A DNA stretch of 32,000 nucleotides from Candidatus Iainarchaeum sp. (GCA_016205145.1 JACQJH010000001.1:1-32000), one strand, 5' to 3'; shown: positions 15,282 through 23,718, numbered from the stretch's first letter. Made by a program: numbers and translations. The notes: a model not told the origin generated them from the sequence alone.

Positions 15282-15503
15282 ATGGGAAAGAAGAAAAAGA
15301 AGTCTACTGAAAGAAAGGGCAAGAAGCCCAAGAAAAAGCATGCGAAAAGGCTGAAGTCCGCGGCTTACAAGGTCGAGGGCTCAAAGATTTCGCGCAAAAA
15401 GGACTGCCCTAAATGCGGTGCCGGCATCTTTTTGGCCGAGCACAAGGACAGGCTTTCATGCGGCAAGTGCTCTTACACGGAATGGAAGCAGGCTGCCAAG
15501 TGA
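15282..15503 (+). CDS. rps27ae: ribosomal protein S27ae
   Basis: Basic N-terminus and zinc ribbon [22 protein letters not shown]. Confidence 0.85.
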   Translation: MGKKKKKSTERKGKKPKKKHAKRLKSAAYKVEGSKISRKKDCPKCGAGIFLAEHKDRLSCGKCSYTEWKQAAK

Positions 15504-15520
15504 AAGGCAGCCATTATTAA

Positions 15521-15528
15521 TTTTTTTT
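15521..15528 (+). terminator. T8 run ending the ribosomal/transcription supercluster
   Basis: TTTTTTTT lies 18 nt after the rps27ae stop. Confidence 0.5.
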
Positions 15529-15544
15529 CCTCAGGATTCTTTTG

Positions 15545-16102
15545 ATGCCTGACCCGCTTTTTTTCGCGCTTGACCTTTCACTAGTCCTGCTGCCATACGC
15601 GTTCATCTGCGCTTCAAAGAAACTGAATCCATTCCGCATGGATTCAGTGAAGGCTTTTCTTGCGGACCTTCGCCTGAAACCGGAAATTTCAAAAAAAGCG
15701 TTTTTCCAGGCGCTTTTTCTTGCGCTTGCATTGCTGCTGTTTTCTTCCGCGCTTTCGTTCGGCCTTGAAATGGCGGGCCTGAACGACCTTGAAAAAGTTG
15801 ACGATGCCATAAGCGGCATTTCATCGCGCCCGTTTTTTCTTGCATACGTCCTGCTCGTCGCGGTGCCCGCCGAGGAGATTTTTTTTCGGGGCTTTCTTGT
15901 GAAACGCACCGGCGCAGTCATGTCGTCAGTTTTGTTCGGCCTGGCGCACATTGGTTTCGGCTCCATGGCAGAGATTCTCGGCGCTTTTGTCCTCGGCCTT
16001 GTCCTCGCAAAGGCGTTTGAAAGGAACCAAAACCTTTTTCCCAACATTTTTGCCCACATGCTTTACAATGCCGGAGTGGTTTTGCTCGCGGTGATTGCTT
16101 GA
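15545..16102 (+). CDS. CPBP-family (CAAX/Abi-like) intramembrane metalloprotease
   Basis: Motifs EEIFFRGFL, FGLAHI and H..YN in a polytopic hydrophobic protein. Confidence 0.8.
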   Translation: MPDPLFFALDLSLVLLPYAFICASKKLNPFRMDSVKAFLADLRLKPEISKKAFFQALFLALALLLFSSALSFGLEMAGLNDLEKVDDAISGISSRPFFLAYVLLVAVPAEEIFFRGFLVKRTGAVMSSVLFGLAHIGFGSMAEILGAFVLGLVLAKAFERNQNLFPNIFAHMLYNAGVVLLAVIA

Positions 16103-16716
16103 AAACGAAAACAATTGTCCTCTCGGAAAAAAATTTTCCCTCCGCTGTTGAAGCCGCATGCAGTGTTTTGCGCAAAGGCGGGCTTGTGGTCTATCCGACC
16201 GAAACATGCTATGGCCTGGGCTGCATTGCAACGGACGGGAAAGCCGTTGCAAAGGTTTTTGCGGCAAAAAGGCGCGGCCCGGAAAAAGCGCTTTCCATAA
16301 TCGTCTCCGGCGTTCCGATGGCAGAAAAGTTTGCAGTTCTCGATGGCTGTTCAATGCGCCTCGCCAAAAAATTTTTTCCCGGCCCTCTGACGCTTGTCAC
16401 GGAAAAGACTCAAGCGGTTCCGGATGTTCTGAGCAAAGATGGCATCGCATTCAGGGTTTCATCGAACAGGTTTGCGTGCGCGGTTGTTGAAGCCCTGGGC
16501 GCGCCCATTGTGAGTTCGAGCGCGAACTTCGAGGACGAACCGGAAATTTATTCCGGGAACGCTGTGGCAAAAAAGTTTTCGGGCACCGCCGATTTGGTTG
16601 TCAATGCGGGCGTTCTTGAAAAAAATGTTCCTTCGACGATTTTTGACTGCCGAGCAAAGATGATACTGCGCGAGGGCGCGATTTCCGCAAAAGAGGTTTT
16701 CCGCGCCTTATCCTAA
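16099..16716 (+). CDS. L-threonylcarbamoyladenylate synthase, short YrdC/Sua5-type (t6A pathway)
   Basis: LVVYPTETCYGLGC, LSIIV, PGPLTLV and VSSSANF motifs. The TTG start overlaps the upstream stop (TTGA). Confidence 0.9.
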   Translation: MKTKTIVLSEKNFPSAVEAACSVLRKGGLVVYPTETCYGLGCIATDGKAVAKVFAAKRRGPEKALSIIVSGVPMAEKFAVLDGCSMRLAKKFFPGPLTLVTEKTQAVPDVLSKDGIAFRVSSNRFACAVVEALGAPIVSSSANFEDEPEIYSGNAVAKKFSGTADLVVNAGVLEKNVPSTIFDCRAKMILREGAISAKEVFRALS

Positions 16717-17253
16717 AAAGAATGCGAAGATTCCTGCGGCAAACAGGAATTTCAGGACTTCTGAGTTGTGGAAAATTTTGAGCGTCCAAACCAGCGCAAT
16801 CGTGGGAACGAACACTATCACGGCATAAACAGTCCAGAACGCCTTTGTTATCGCGCCTGTCCTCGCATTCATTTTCCTGTCAAACGACCTCGAAAGGCTG
16901 TTGTACGCGTTTTCCGCGTCGTGGTCGCTGGGAAAAGCATAATACAGTGTCGAGAACCCGAGCCACCAGAAAAGGTATTTCATTGCCTGGCTTTGCGCGG
17001 TCTGGCTGAAAAGCAGGAACTGCACTCCGAGGAATGCGCCCACAAAAAATGGCGCAATGCTTATCAGCACCGCAGCCAGGGTCGACCTTGGCCGCTCATG
17101 TACGACATACGCCGGGCCCTGCAGGCTGAACAGTTTTACCCTGTAAACCCTCACTCCTGCGAGCAGTGAAAAAACGTAGTGGCCCAGCTCGTGGATTATC
17201 ACGCCCGGAAAAAGCAAAAACCAGAACACGCGCAGACTCTGCATTATGGGCAT
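16708..17253 (-). CDS. polytopic membrane protein with an HExxH motif (putative membrane-embedded zinc metalloprotease), paralogue A
   Basis: GVIIHELGHYVFSLLAGVRVYRVKL...ISIAPFFVG...YYAFPSDHDAENAY. It is clearly paralogous to 19833..20360. Its 3' end overlaps the Sua5-type gene 3' end by 9 nt (convergent). Confidence 0.65.
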   Translation of the reverse strand: MPIMQSLRVFWFLLFPGVIIHELGHYVFSLLAGVRVYRVKLFSLQGPAYVVHERPRSTLAAVLISIAPFFVGAFLGVQFLLFSQTAQSQAMKYLFWWLGFSTLYYAFPSDHDAENAYNSLSRSFDRKMNARTGAITKAFWTVYAVIVFVPTIALVWTLKIFHNSEVLKFLFAAGIFAFFLG

Positions 17254-17282
17254 TTTCGTATCATACCACTTCTAGTCTAATC

Positions 17283-17292
17283 TTTAAAAAAA
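17283..17292 (+). promoter_or_regulatory. TATA-like box upstream of kae1
   Basis: TTTAAAAAAA lies about 30-40 nt upstream of the ATG at 17322. Confidence 0.4.
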
Positions 17293-17321
17293 GGTTTTTG
17301 CAGCAGATTCTTCCGGTTTAC

Positions 17322-18314
17322 ATGATTTGTTTGGGAATAGAAAGCACCGCCCATACCTTTTCGGTCGGCATTGTCTCGGATGACAACGCAAAATGCAACA
17401 TTCTGGCGAACGAAAAAAGCGCTTTCACCGCAAAGGAAGGGGGCATCCATCCCGCCAAGGCGGCGGAGCACCATTTTGAAAACGCGCACGGCGTTTTCCT
17501 TCGCGCCCTGAAGAATGCAGGCATCCGCGAAAGCGAAATAGACGTTGTTTCTTTTGCGCAGGGTCCAGGCCTCGGCCCGTGCCTTCGCGTCGGCGCGATT
17601 GCCGCAAGGACGCTTTCATTGAAACTCGGCAAACCATTGGTCGGAGTCAACCATTGCGTTGCCCACGTCGAAATCGCAAAAGCCCTTACCGGAGCAAAGG
17701 ACCCGATAACGGTTTATTCTTCGGGCGCGAACACCCAGATTATCGGCTACGAGAACAAACGCTATAGGGTTTACGGCGAAACCCTTGACATTGGCATAGG
17801 AAACGCATTGGATTCTTTCGGCAGGGCGCTCGGCCTGGGCTTTCCCGCAGGCCCGGTCCTGGACAAAATGTATTTTGAGGCGATGCGGGAAGCTTTTGTC
17901 GAACTGCCGTATTCGGTCAAGGGCATGGACCTTGTCTTTTCCGGCCTTGTCACTGCGGCGGAGCAGAAAATCGGAAAGGTTCCGGAAAAGGCTCTGGCTT
18001 ATTCTTTCATGCACACTGCCTGCGCAATGCTTTGCGAGGTTGCGGAAAGGGCCTTGGCTCACACGGAAAAAAAAGAACTGATGATGACGGGGGGAGTTGC
18101 TGCAAGCAGGGCCTTGCGTGAAATGCTCGGCAGGATGTGCGAAGCCCGCGGCGCAAAACTGTTTGTTCCGGACTGGCAGGTGTGCGTGGACAACGGTGCA
18201 ATGATTGCATGGCAGGGTTTGCTTGAATTCAAAGCGGGAAACAGGACAAAAATTTCCGACAGCCGCGTGAACCAGAAATTCCGCACCGACGATGTTGAGG
18301 TCAACTGGATTTAA
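17322..18314 (+). CDS. kae1: tRNA N6-adenosine threonylcarbamoyltransferase Kae1 (not fused to Bud32)
   Basis: MICLGIESTAHTF, metal-binding HCVAHVE, GGVAAS and CVDNGAMIAW motifs. The internal ATG at 17322 gives 330 aa. The upstream ORF part overlaps the divergent membrane gene. Confidence 0.95.
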   Translation: MICLGIESTAHTFSVGIVSDDNAKCNILANEKSAFTAKEGGIHPAKAAEHHFENAHGVFLRALKNAGIRESEIDVVSFAQGPGLGPCLRVGAIAARTLSLKLGKPLVGVNHCVAHVEIAKALTGAKDPITVYSSGANTQIIGYENKRYRVYGETLDIGIGNALDSFGRALGLGFPAGPVLDKMYFEAMREAFVELPYSVKGMDLVFSGLVTAAEQKIGKVPEKALAYSFMHTACAMLCEVAERALAHTEKKELMMTGGVAASRALREMLGRMCEARGAKLFVPDWQVCVDNGAMIAWQGLLEFKAGNRTKISDSRVNQKFRTDDVEVNWI

Positions 18315-18344
18315 TTGGATTGCCGCATTTGCATTTTTGCAGGC

Positions 18345-18914
18345 TTATTTTCTTCCGTGGTGCCTGATCCTGAATTCTTTTGTGTGGCTGTACGAATAGC
18401 ATAACAATGCCAGAATCAGCGCGAACAGCGCCGCGTTGAAGACCGTGTCGAACGGCGGAAAAACCCCGAACCTGCGCCATTGGATTATCTGCCATTCCGG
18501 GTCGAGATAGGCGGCAATAGAAATTGCTATGATTGAAACGAACGCGATTTCCACCAGGAACAAGGCAATGAACCTGATGTCGTCCTTTGCGCCTTTCAGC
18601 TTTGCCTTTGCGTTGTGCCTGAAAATGCTCGGCAGAAGCCTGAATTCCGCATGCGTTCTGGGATACCTTGCCCTGACAGTGAGATGCACTATTGCCATGA
18701 ATGCGATTATCGCGAACAGGAAAACGTACAATGCAGGGTCTTCCTGCAATGCAATGCTGAACGAGCCGGCCGTGACTTTCAGTGCCAAAATCTTGTAAAT
18801 GATGTAAAACATCAGGAACATCATGGTTGTCTGCATCAGCAGCAGCATGATGGGCGAAACCCTGACATTCTCGAAGCCGAAAAAGCCTTTCACCCTGGTT
18901 TTAAGCGAAGCCAT
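18345..18914 (-). CDS. hypothetical membrane protein (about 4 hydrophobic segments)
   Basis: ORF with hydrophobic segments LLLMQTTMMFLMFYIIYKIL, LYVFLFAIIAFMAIV, FIALFLVEIAFVSIIAISIAAY and FNAALFALILALLCY. The start is placed at M31 of the track ORF. Confidence 0.55.
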   Translation of the reverse strand: MASLKTRVKGFFGFENVRVSPIMLLLMQTTMMFLMFYIIYKILALKVTAGSFSIALQEDPALYVFLFAIIAFMAIVHLTVRARYPRTHAEFRLLPSIFRHNAKAKLKGAKDDIRFIALFLVEIAFVSIIAISIAAYLDPEWQIIQWRRFGVFPPFDTVFNAALFALILALLCYSYSHTKEFRIRHHGRK

Positions 18915-19110
18915 GCATATCAGTTGGCTTTTTTGGTTAAAAAAGGTTTTGGCAAGCCGTCTCGTCCGGCTGGTACGAACTAAGGCGTGTCCCTGCCGTG
19001 ACACGCCGAGTGAGCATATCCGTATTTAGTGGCTTGTAAAGGAGAGTACTCCATCCAGCGCGGACTCGCTTGGCCGAGCGCAGGATTTTATTCTTCCGCA
19101 GCATTGTCTT

Positions 19111-19836
19111 TTGTTAATGCGCAGAGATTCCGCGGTTGTGCCTGCAACAAGACAGCATAAAGGGGCAGTTCCAGAGCGTCGGTTGTCTACAAAGGAGCTG
19201 GCACTGCGGCAGACGAGATTACGATTGCGCCGTGCCAGGGAAGTCCGGCACAGCACTGAACGCGGCGCTTTTGTAAAGAAATTCAAGAATTTTGTAGGGC
19301 GCGCAGAACACCGCATAGCCGGTGGGCGCATAGCTCTCCTCGGCTTCGGCTCAGATAACGATCTTGCGCAAAAAGGCGCAGTGGCCATTTCATTCGGGCG
19401 TGACATTCTCGGGGTTGCGCGCATCCGTTTTTCTGAGCCGGACCGGCTTGGCCGGGTCGCGGTTTTGATTGACGAGTTCCAGGGCGAAGGCGGCTCACGC
19501 GAAGCACAGAGGCAAAATTTCCGGCAAAAGAACGGCGCGCCTTGGAATGTTGTTTTAGTGCGGTCGATTATTGATGCCGCGTATAATGCCGGCTTCAACC
19601 GCGTGCTGTTGCAGGACCCGAAAACAATCGAAGGCTATGAATTTCCGGTTCCCGCCCAAGGTGTTGACCTCTTTGAAGACGCTCCCGCATTATTTTTACC
19701 CCAAGCGCAAGCCGAGGTCAGGACCCGGATGGAAAAACTCTACAATTGGACAAAAAGAGACTGCGATTTCTCCGGCGAGGACTGGCTTGAGGTTGGCGGC
19801 AAAAAACGGCATTACTGGGTCAGGGAATTTCCTTAA
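19111..19836 (+). CDS. hypothetical protein; the coding status of the 5' third is doubtful
   Basis: 241-aa ORF. The C-terminal 150 aa look protein-like (WNVVLVRSIIDAAYNAGFNRVLLQDPKTIEGYEFP...YWVREFP). The first 55 or so residues are Arg-rich and lie in a locally GC-elevated stretch that also carries a long antisense ORF. There is no ATG between 19117 and the C-terminal region. Confidence 0.35.
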   Translation: MLMRRDSAVVPATRQHKGAVPERRLSTKELALRQTRLRLRRAREVRHSTERGAFVKKFKNFVGRAEHRIAGGRIALLGFGSDNDLAQKGAVAISFGRDILGVARIRFSEPDRLGRVAVLIDEFQGEGGSREAQRQNFRQKNGAPWNVVLVRSIIDAAYNAGFNRVLLQDPKTIEGYEFPVPAQGVDLFEDAPALFLPQAQAEVRTRMEKLYNWTKRDCDFSGEDWLEVGGKKRHYWVREFP

Positions 19837-20360
19837 ATCGCGCCCGCCGCGCCGAGCAAGCAGGCAACCCAGATTATGCGCGTGAATCCGAATTTTCCGA
19901 TGAAAAGCATTACCGCCGCCGCAACCGAGAGCGGCGCGAACACGAAGGGAAAAGTTGCAATCCACAAAATTTTTGTCGCAACGCTTTTTTCCTTCTGCCT
20001 TGCTTTTTTCGCGTAAAACGAGAACACGCTTTCGAACGCGTTTTTCGCGTCCTGTCCGCTTGGAAACGAGTGGTATGCAAGCGAGATTGCGAGCCAGAAA
20101 AAAAGCACCGATGCAAGCACTGAATTCTGCACCAGCGCAAAAGCCGTTTTTGCGAGCAAAAAGCTCACGATGTTTCCGAGCAGGAACGGGGCAAGGCTTA
20201 TTACAACGCTTTGCCAGGCATTCGGCTTTTCGTGCTCGACAAAGGCTTCATCTCCAAGCAGTTTGACCCGGAAGACCCTGACCCCGAACAGGAGGCATGC
20301 CAGCAAATGCGATATTTCGTGGAAAATTACTCCCAAAAAAAGCAGCCGGTTTCCGAGCAA
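19833..20360 (-). CDS. polytopic membrane protein with an HExxH motif, paralogue A'
   Basis: GVIFHEISHLLACLLFGVRVFRVKL...ISLAPFLLG...YHSFPSGQDAKNAF aligns along its whole length with 16708..17253. It has a TTG start. Its stop codon shares the TTAA with the convergent 19111..19836 ORF. Confidence 0.65.
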   Translation of the reverse strand: MLGNRLLFLGVIFHEISHLLACLLFGVRVFRVKLLGDEAFVEHEKPNAWQSVVISLAPFLLGNIVSFLLAKTAFALVQNSVLASVLFFWLAISLAYHSFPSGQDAKNAFESVFSFYAKKARQKEKSVATKILWIATFPFVFAPLSVAAAVMLFIGKFGFTRIIWVACLLGAAGAI

Positions 20361-20432
20361 GTTTTGTACACCTGAAAATGCAAAAAAATTCCTGAAAAAA
20401 ATGCTTTGGGGTTTTCCGGGTTCGGCTTTTTT

Positions 20433-20864
20433 TTATTCGTCTTCAAAGCCTATGCCGAATTCCCGGTCGATGCGTTTTGCCGTTTCTTCCATTCTTTTGA
20501 AAATGCGTTCGATGTCTTCCTGGATTTCCTGTATCGTGCGGTACATTGACCTGCTTCTTGCAAGGTAAAAGCGTCCGTCTTTCACGACCAGGCCTGAGCG
20601 CATGAGGTTGTTCAGGTGGTTGATTGCCGCGCCCCTGCTCATTCCGACTTTTTCCGCAACCCGGGTTGAGGTCAAAGGCTTTCCTTTCTCGGTTGCAATG
20701 ACAATTTCGCGGAAAATCTGCGCCGCGCCGGAATCGCTTTGCGCTTCCATTGGCAGGAAGCCGAAAGAATTGCACAGCCAGTTGAATTCGTGGTCGAAGT
20801 CTGAAGAGAACGGCTGTTCGACTTTTCTGATGACTATCTTGAAAGAGGCTTTTCTTGCCTGCAT
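20433..20864 (-). CDS. small wHTH transcriptional regulator, divergent from grpE
   Basis: The HTH is KPLTSTRVAEKVGMSRGAAINHLNNLMRSGLVVKDGRFYLA, followed by a C-terminal helical segment. The start is placed at the ATG at 20864, about 22-31 nt from the palindromic TATA box. The longer track ORF (to 21476) runs antisense through grpE and was rejected. Confidence 0.65.
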   Translation of the reverse strand: MQARKASFKIVIRKVEQPFSSDFDHEFNWLCNSFGFLPMEAQSDSGAAQIFREIVIATEKGKPLTSTRVAEKVGMSRGAAINHLNNLMRSGLVVKDGRFYLARSRSMYRTIQEIQEDIERIFKRMEETAKRIDREFGIGFEDE

Positions 20865-20885
20865 ACCAAAACTGTCAGCATAAAC

Positions 20886-20895
20886 AAATTTAAAT
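20886..20895. promoter_or_regulatory. palindromic TATA-like box AAATTTAAAT shared by the divergent regulator and grpE genes
   Basis: It lies about 22-31 nt from the minus-strand ATG at 20864 and about 24-33 nt from the plus-strand TTG at 20919. This geometry fits two leaderless or short-leader transcripts. Confidence 0.5.
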
Positions 20896-20918
20896 GTTTT
20901 GTTCAAGAATTCCATTAA

Positions 20919-21635
20919 TTGTCCATATTTTTTGGACAAATAGGTGATTTTTTGTCTTCGCACAAGCCAAAGGATGAACGGGGAAGCAATGCAGCCGGCG
21001 TCAATGGCGAACCAGCCAAAGGGCATGGCAGTGCGGATTTTGCAAAGCTGAAGGGGCTTGAGCAGAAGCTTGAAAAATCGGAGGCGGATGCCGCGGAGTT
21101 CAAGGCAGACCTGCAGAGATTGCAGGCGGATTTCGAGAATTTCAGGAAGCGGTGCGAGAGGGAAAAAATTGAAACTGCGTTGCACGCGAATGCAGGCCTG
21201 CTCCAGGATTTTTTGCCATTGCTGGATTCGCTGAATGCAGCCTTGTCGGCAAAACAGCTTTCGACCGAGGAGAAAAAAGGCATTGCCTTGGTGAAAGGGC
21301 AATTTGAGGAAATTTTGAAAAAGGAGGGCGTTTCTGAAATTCCGGCCCAGGGAAAGCATTTTGATTCGGGCGTGCACGAATGCCTTTTGCGCGAAAGCGT
21401 TCCGGCGAAGGCTGACGGCATTGTGCTTGAGGAACTGCAGAAAGGCTATCTTTTCAGGAACAGGGTTTTGAGGCATGCGAAAGTAAAGGTGAATGTTTTG
21501 GAAAATGCGGAAGATGATGCAGTTGACAATGCGGACGAAGGCGCTGGCCCGCGGAGCGCGGAAAGCGAAGTTGTTGGCGGCAAAAGCTGCAAAGGTGACG
21601 ACGTCAAAGGCAGGGTTGGCGGCAAAAGCGTTTAG
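20919..21635 (+). CDS. grpE: nucleotide exchange factor GrpE
   Basis: DFENFRKRCEREK, LPLLDSLNAAL, FDSGVHECL and LQKGYLFRNRVLRHAKVKV are canonical GrpE blocks. The start is uncertain (TTG 20919). The C-terminal tail contains an in-frame 15-nt direct repeat. Confidence 0.9.
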   Translation: MSIFFGQIGDFLSSHKPKDERGSNAAGVNGEPAKGHGSADFAKLKGLEQKLEKSEADAAEFKADLQRLQADFENFRKRCEREKIETALHANAGLLQDFLPLLDSLNAALSAKQLSTEEKKGIALVKGQFEEILKKEGVSEIPAQGKHFDSGVHECLLRESVPAKADGIVLEELQKGYLFRNRVLRHAKVKVNVLENAEDDAVDNADEGAGPRSAESEVVGGKSCKGDDVKGRVGGKSV

Positions 21636-21638
21636 GCG

Positions 21639-21648
21639 TTTTTATTTT
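21639..21648 (+). terminator. T-rich run after grpE
   Basis: TTTTTATTTT starts 4 nt after the grpE stop. Confidence 0.35.
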
Positions 21649-21810
21649 GAATGATCGTTGTGGTGTTTTTATGGTTGACGAAAAACAGGTTTTGGCAAAT
21701 TTGGCGGTGAGGAAGGATGTTTTGCACGCCTTTGAGGAGGCGGCAAAGCACCCTGAACCGGAAGTTTCAAGGAAAATGTTTTTTGCATCTTGAAAAGAGG
21801 GTGATACGAC

Positions 21811-23718
21811 ATGGCGAAAACTATCGGCATTGATTTGGGAACTTCAAACAGCGCTGCAGCTGTCCTGGAAGCGGGCAAGCCCCGCATTATTCCGAGCGCG
21901 GAAGGCGCTTCCCTTTACGGAAAGGCTTTCCCTTCAGTTGTTGCTTTTACAAGGGACGGCCAGGTCCTTGTAGGCGAGCCTGCGAAAAGGCAGGCTGTCT
22001 CCAATCCGGAGCGCACCATTACCGCAGCGAAAAGGAAAATGGGAACAGATTTCAAGTATAAAATCGGGGGGAAAGATTATACTCCGCAGCAGATTTCGGC
22101 TTTCATTCTGCAGAAAATAAAAAAGGATGCTGAAGAGTTTTTGGGCGACAAGGTTGAAAAAGCAGTAATCACTGTTCCGGCTTATTTTGACGACAACCAG
22201 CGCCAGGCCACAAAGGATGCGGGAAAAATCGCGGGCCTGGACGTCATAAGAATTGTCAATGAGCCCACAGCCGCTGCACTGGCTTTCGGCGTCGACAAGA
22301 AGGGCGTTGACCAGAAAATCTTGGTCTTTGATTTCGGCGGCGGAACCCTTGATGTTACTATCATGGAGTTCGGCGACGGGGTCTTTGAAGTGAAGTCCAC
22401 TTCCGGCGACACCCAGCTTGGCGGCACTGACATGGACAAGGTGCTTGTCGATTTTATCGTTTCAGAATTCAAGAAGGAGCAGGGCGTTGACCTTTCCAGG
22501 GACAGCGTTGCAATGCAGCGCCTGAAGGAAGCGGCGGAGAAGGCAAAGATCGAGCTTTCAACCGTTGTCGAAACCGACATCAATCTGCCGTACATTACCG
22601 CTGACTCGACCGGCCCCAAGCATTTGGCGATGAAGGTTTCGCGCTCGAAGCTTGAACAGCTTGTCGAACCGATCATAAAGAAATGCGAGAAGCCCGTCCA
22701 GCAGGCAATGGCTGACGCAAAGCTTACGCCGGCGGACATTGCCCGGATCATTCTTGTCGGCGGCCCGACCAGGATGCCGGTTGTACAGAAGTTTGTCGAA
22801 AAAATCGTGGGCTCGAAAGTCGAGCGCGGAATCGATCCAATGGAATGCGTTGCAATGGGCGCAGCTGTCCAGGCAGGCGTGCTTTCCGGCGAAGTCAAGG
22901 ACGTGCTTTTGCTGGACGTTACTCCATTGTCGTTGGGCATTGAAACCCTTGGCGGCGTATTCACCAGGCTCATAGAGCGAAACACAACCATTCCGACCAA
23001 GAAGAGCCAGGTGTTCAGCACTGCCGCGGACAACCAGCCCGCAGTCGACATTCTTGTCCTGCAAGGCGAAAGGCAGATGGCAAGGGACAACAAGACTCTC
23101 GGGAGATTCCAGCTTGTCGGAATTCCCCCCGCGCCCAGGGGAATTCCACAAATCGAGGTTTCGTTTGACATTGACGCGAATGGCATTGTCAACGCGAAAG
23201 CAAAGGATCTCGGAACCGGCAAGGAGCAGAGCATAAAGATTGTCGCGTCGCAGAAGCTTTCCGAAGCGGAAATCGAGAAGATGCGCAAGGAAGCGGAAGC
23301 GCATGCGGAAGAGGACAAAAAGCGCAGGGAAGAAGTTGAAATAGTCAACAATGCGGATGCGCTTGCCTATTCCACGGAAAAAACCCTTGGCGAGCTGAAG
23401 GGCAAGGTTTCCGAGGAAAAAGCGAAGCCCGTTGCCGAGAAAGCCGAAGCACTCAAACAGCTGCTTTCAGCCGAGCCAAGGGATTTTGCGCAAATCAAGG
23501 CGAAGTCCGAGGAGCTGAGCGCGGAAATCCAGAAAATCGGGGCCGAGCTTTACTCGCAGGCGCAAAAGCGCGGCGAAGAGCAAGGCGACGGAAGCGGCCA
23601 AGCCGGCCACGGCCACAAGCACAAAAGCGGAGGCCATGGAAATGGCGGCGCAGGTTCCGGCGACGGCGATGACAAGGTTGTCGACGCGGATTTTGAGGAA
23701 AAGAAAAAGGGCGAATGA
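21811..23718 (+). CDS. dnaK: molecular chaperone DnaK (Hsp70)
   Basis: [29 protein letters not shown] and the EEVD-less Gly-rich tail; 635 aa. Confidence 0.98.
   Translation: MAKTIGIDLGTSNSAAAVLEAGKPRIIPSAEGASLYGKAFPSVVAFTRDGQVLVGEPAKRQAVSNPERTITAAKRKMGTDFKYKIGGKDYTPQQISAFILQKIKKDAEEFLGDKVEKAVITVPAYFDDNQRQATKDAGKIAGLDVIRIVNEPTAAALAFGVDKKGVDQKILVFDFGGGTLDVTIMEFGDGVFEVKSTSGDTQLGGTDMDKVLVDFIVSEFKKEQGVDLSRDSVAMQRLKEAAEKAKIELSTVVETDINLPYITADSTGPKHLAMKVSRSKLEQLVEPIIKKCEKPVQQAMADAKLTPADIARIILVGGPTRMPVVQKFVEKIVGSKVERGIDPMECVAMGAAVQAGVLSGEVKDVLLLDVTPLSLGIETLGGVFTRLIERNTTIPTKKSQVFSTAADNQPAVDILVLQGERQMARDNKTLGRFQLVGIPPAPRGIPQIEVSFDIDANGIVNAKAKDLGTGKEQSIKIVASQKLSEAEIEKMRKEAEAHAEEDKKRREEVEIVNNADALAYSTEKTLGELKGKVSEEKAKPVAEKAEALKQLLSAEPRDFAQIKAKSEELSAEIQKIGAELYSQAQKRGEEQGDGSGQAGHGHKHKSGGHGNGGAGSGDGDDKVVDADFEEKKKGE

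Noticed and set aside
19237-19449. RNase P RNA, suggested by strings resembling CR-I (AGGGAAGUCCGG), CR-V (GCAGAACACCGCAUA) and a P4 3' strand (ACCGGCUU)
   Set aside because: The spacing between the motifs does not fit known archaeal RNase P types. I could not build consistent P1/P2/P3 helices. The conserved ACAGAA is absent next to the best P4 partner. The region is inside an open reading frame. It is kept only as a check inside the finding on 19026-19600.
20865-21476. N-terminal 200 aa of the 347-aa minus-strand ORF 20433..21476
   Set aside because: It runs antisense through the well-supported grpE gene, has low-complexity Phe/Leu/Gln/Arg-rich composition, and crosses the shared TATA box. 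The regulator is taken to start at 20864.
21573-21629. 15-nt direct repeat GTTGGCGGCAAAAGC (21573-21587 and 21615-21629)
   Set aside because: It is an in-frame 42-nt-spaced duplication inside the low-complexity GrpE C-terminal tail (VGGKSC...VGGKSV). The most likely cause is simple slippage or duplication with no separate function.
22182-23351. Long antisense shadow ORFs inside strong genes: 389 aa opposite dnaK, plus 6369..7190, 12917..13591, 24022..24912, 26786..27589 and 29218..30042
   Set aside because: Each lies entirely within a gene that carries canonical family motifs on the other strand. Each also has Ser/Pro/Arg-rich composition typical of antisense frames.
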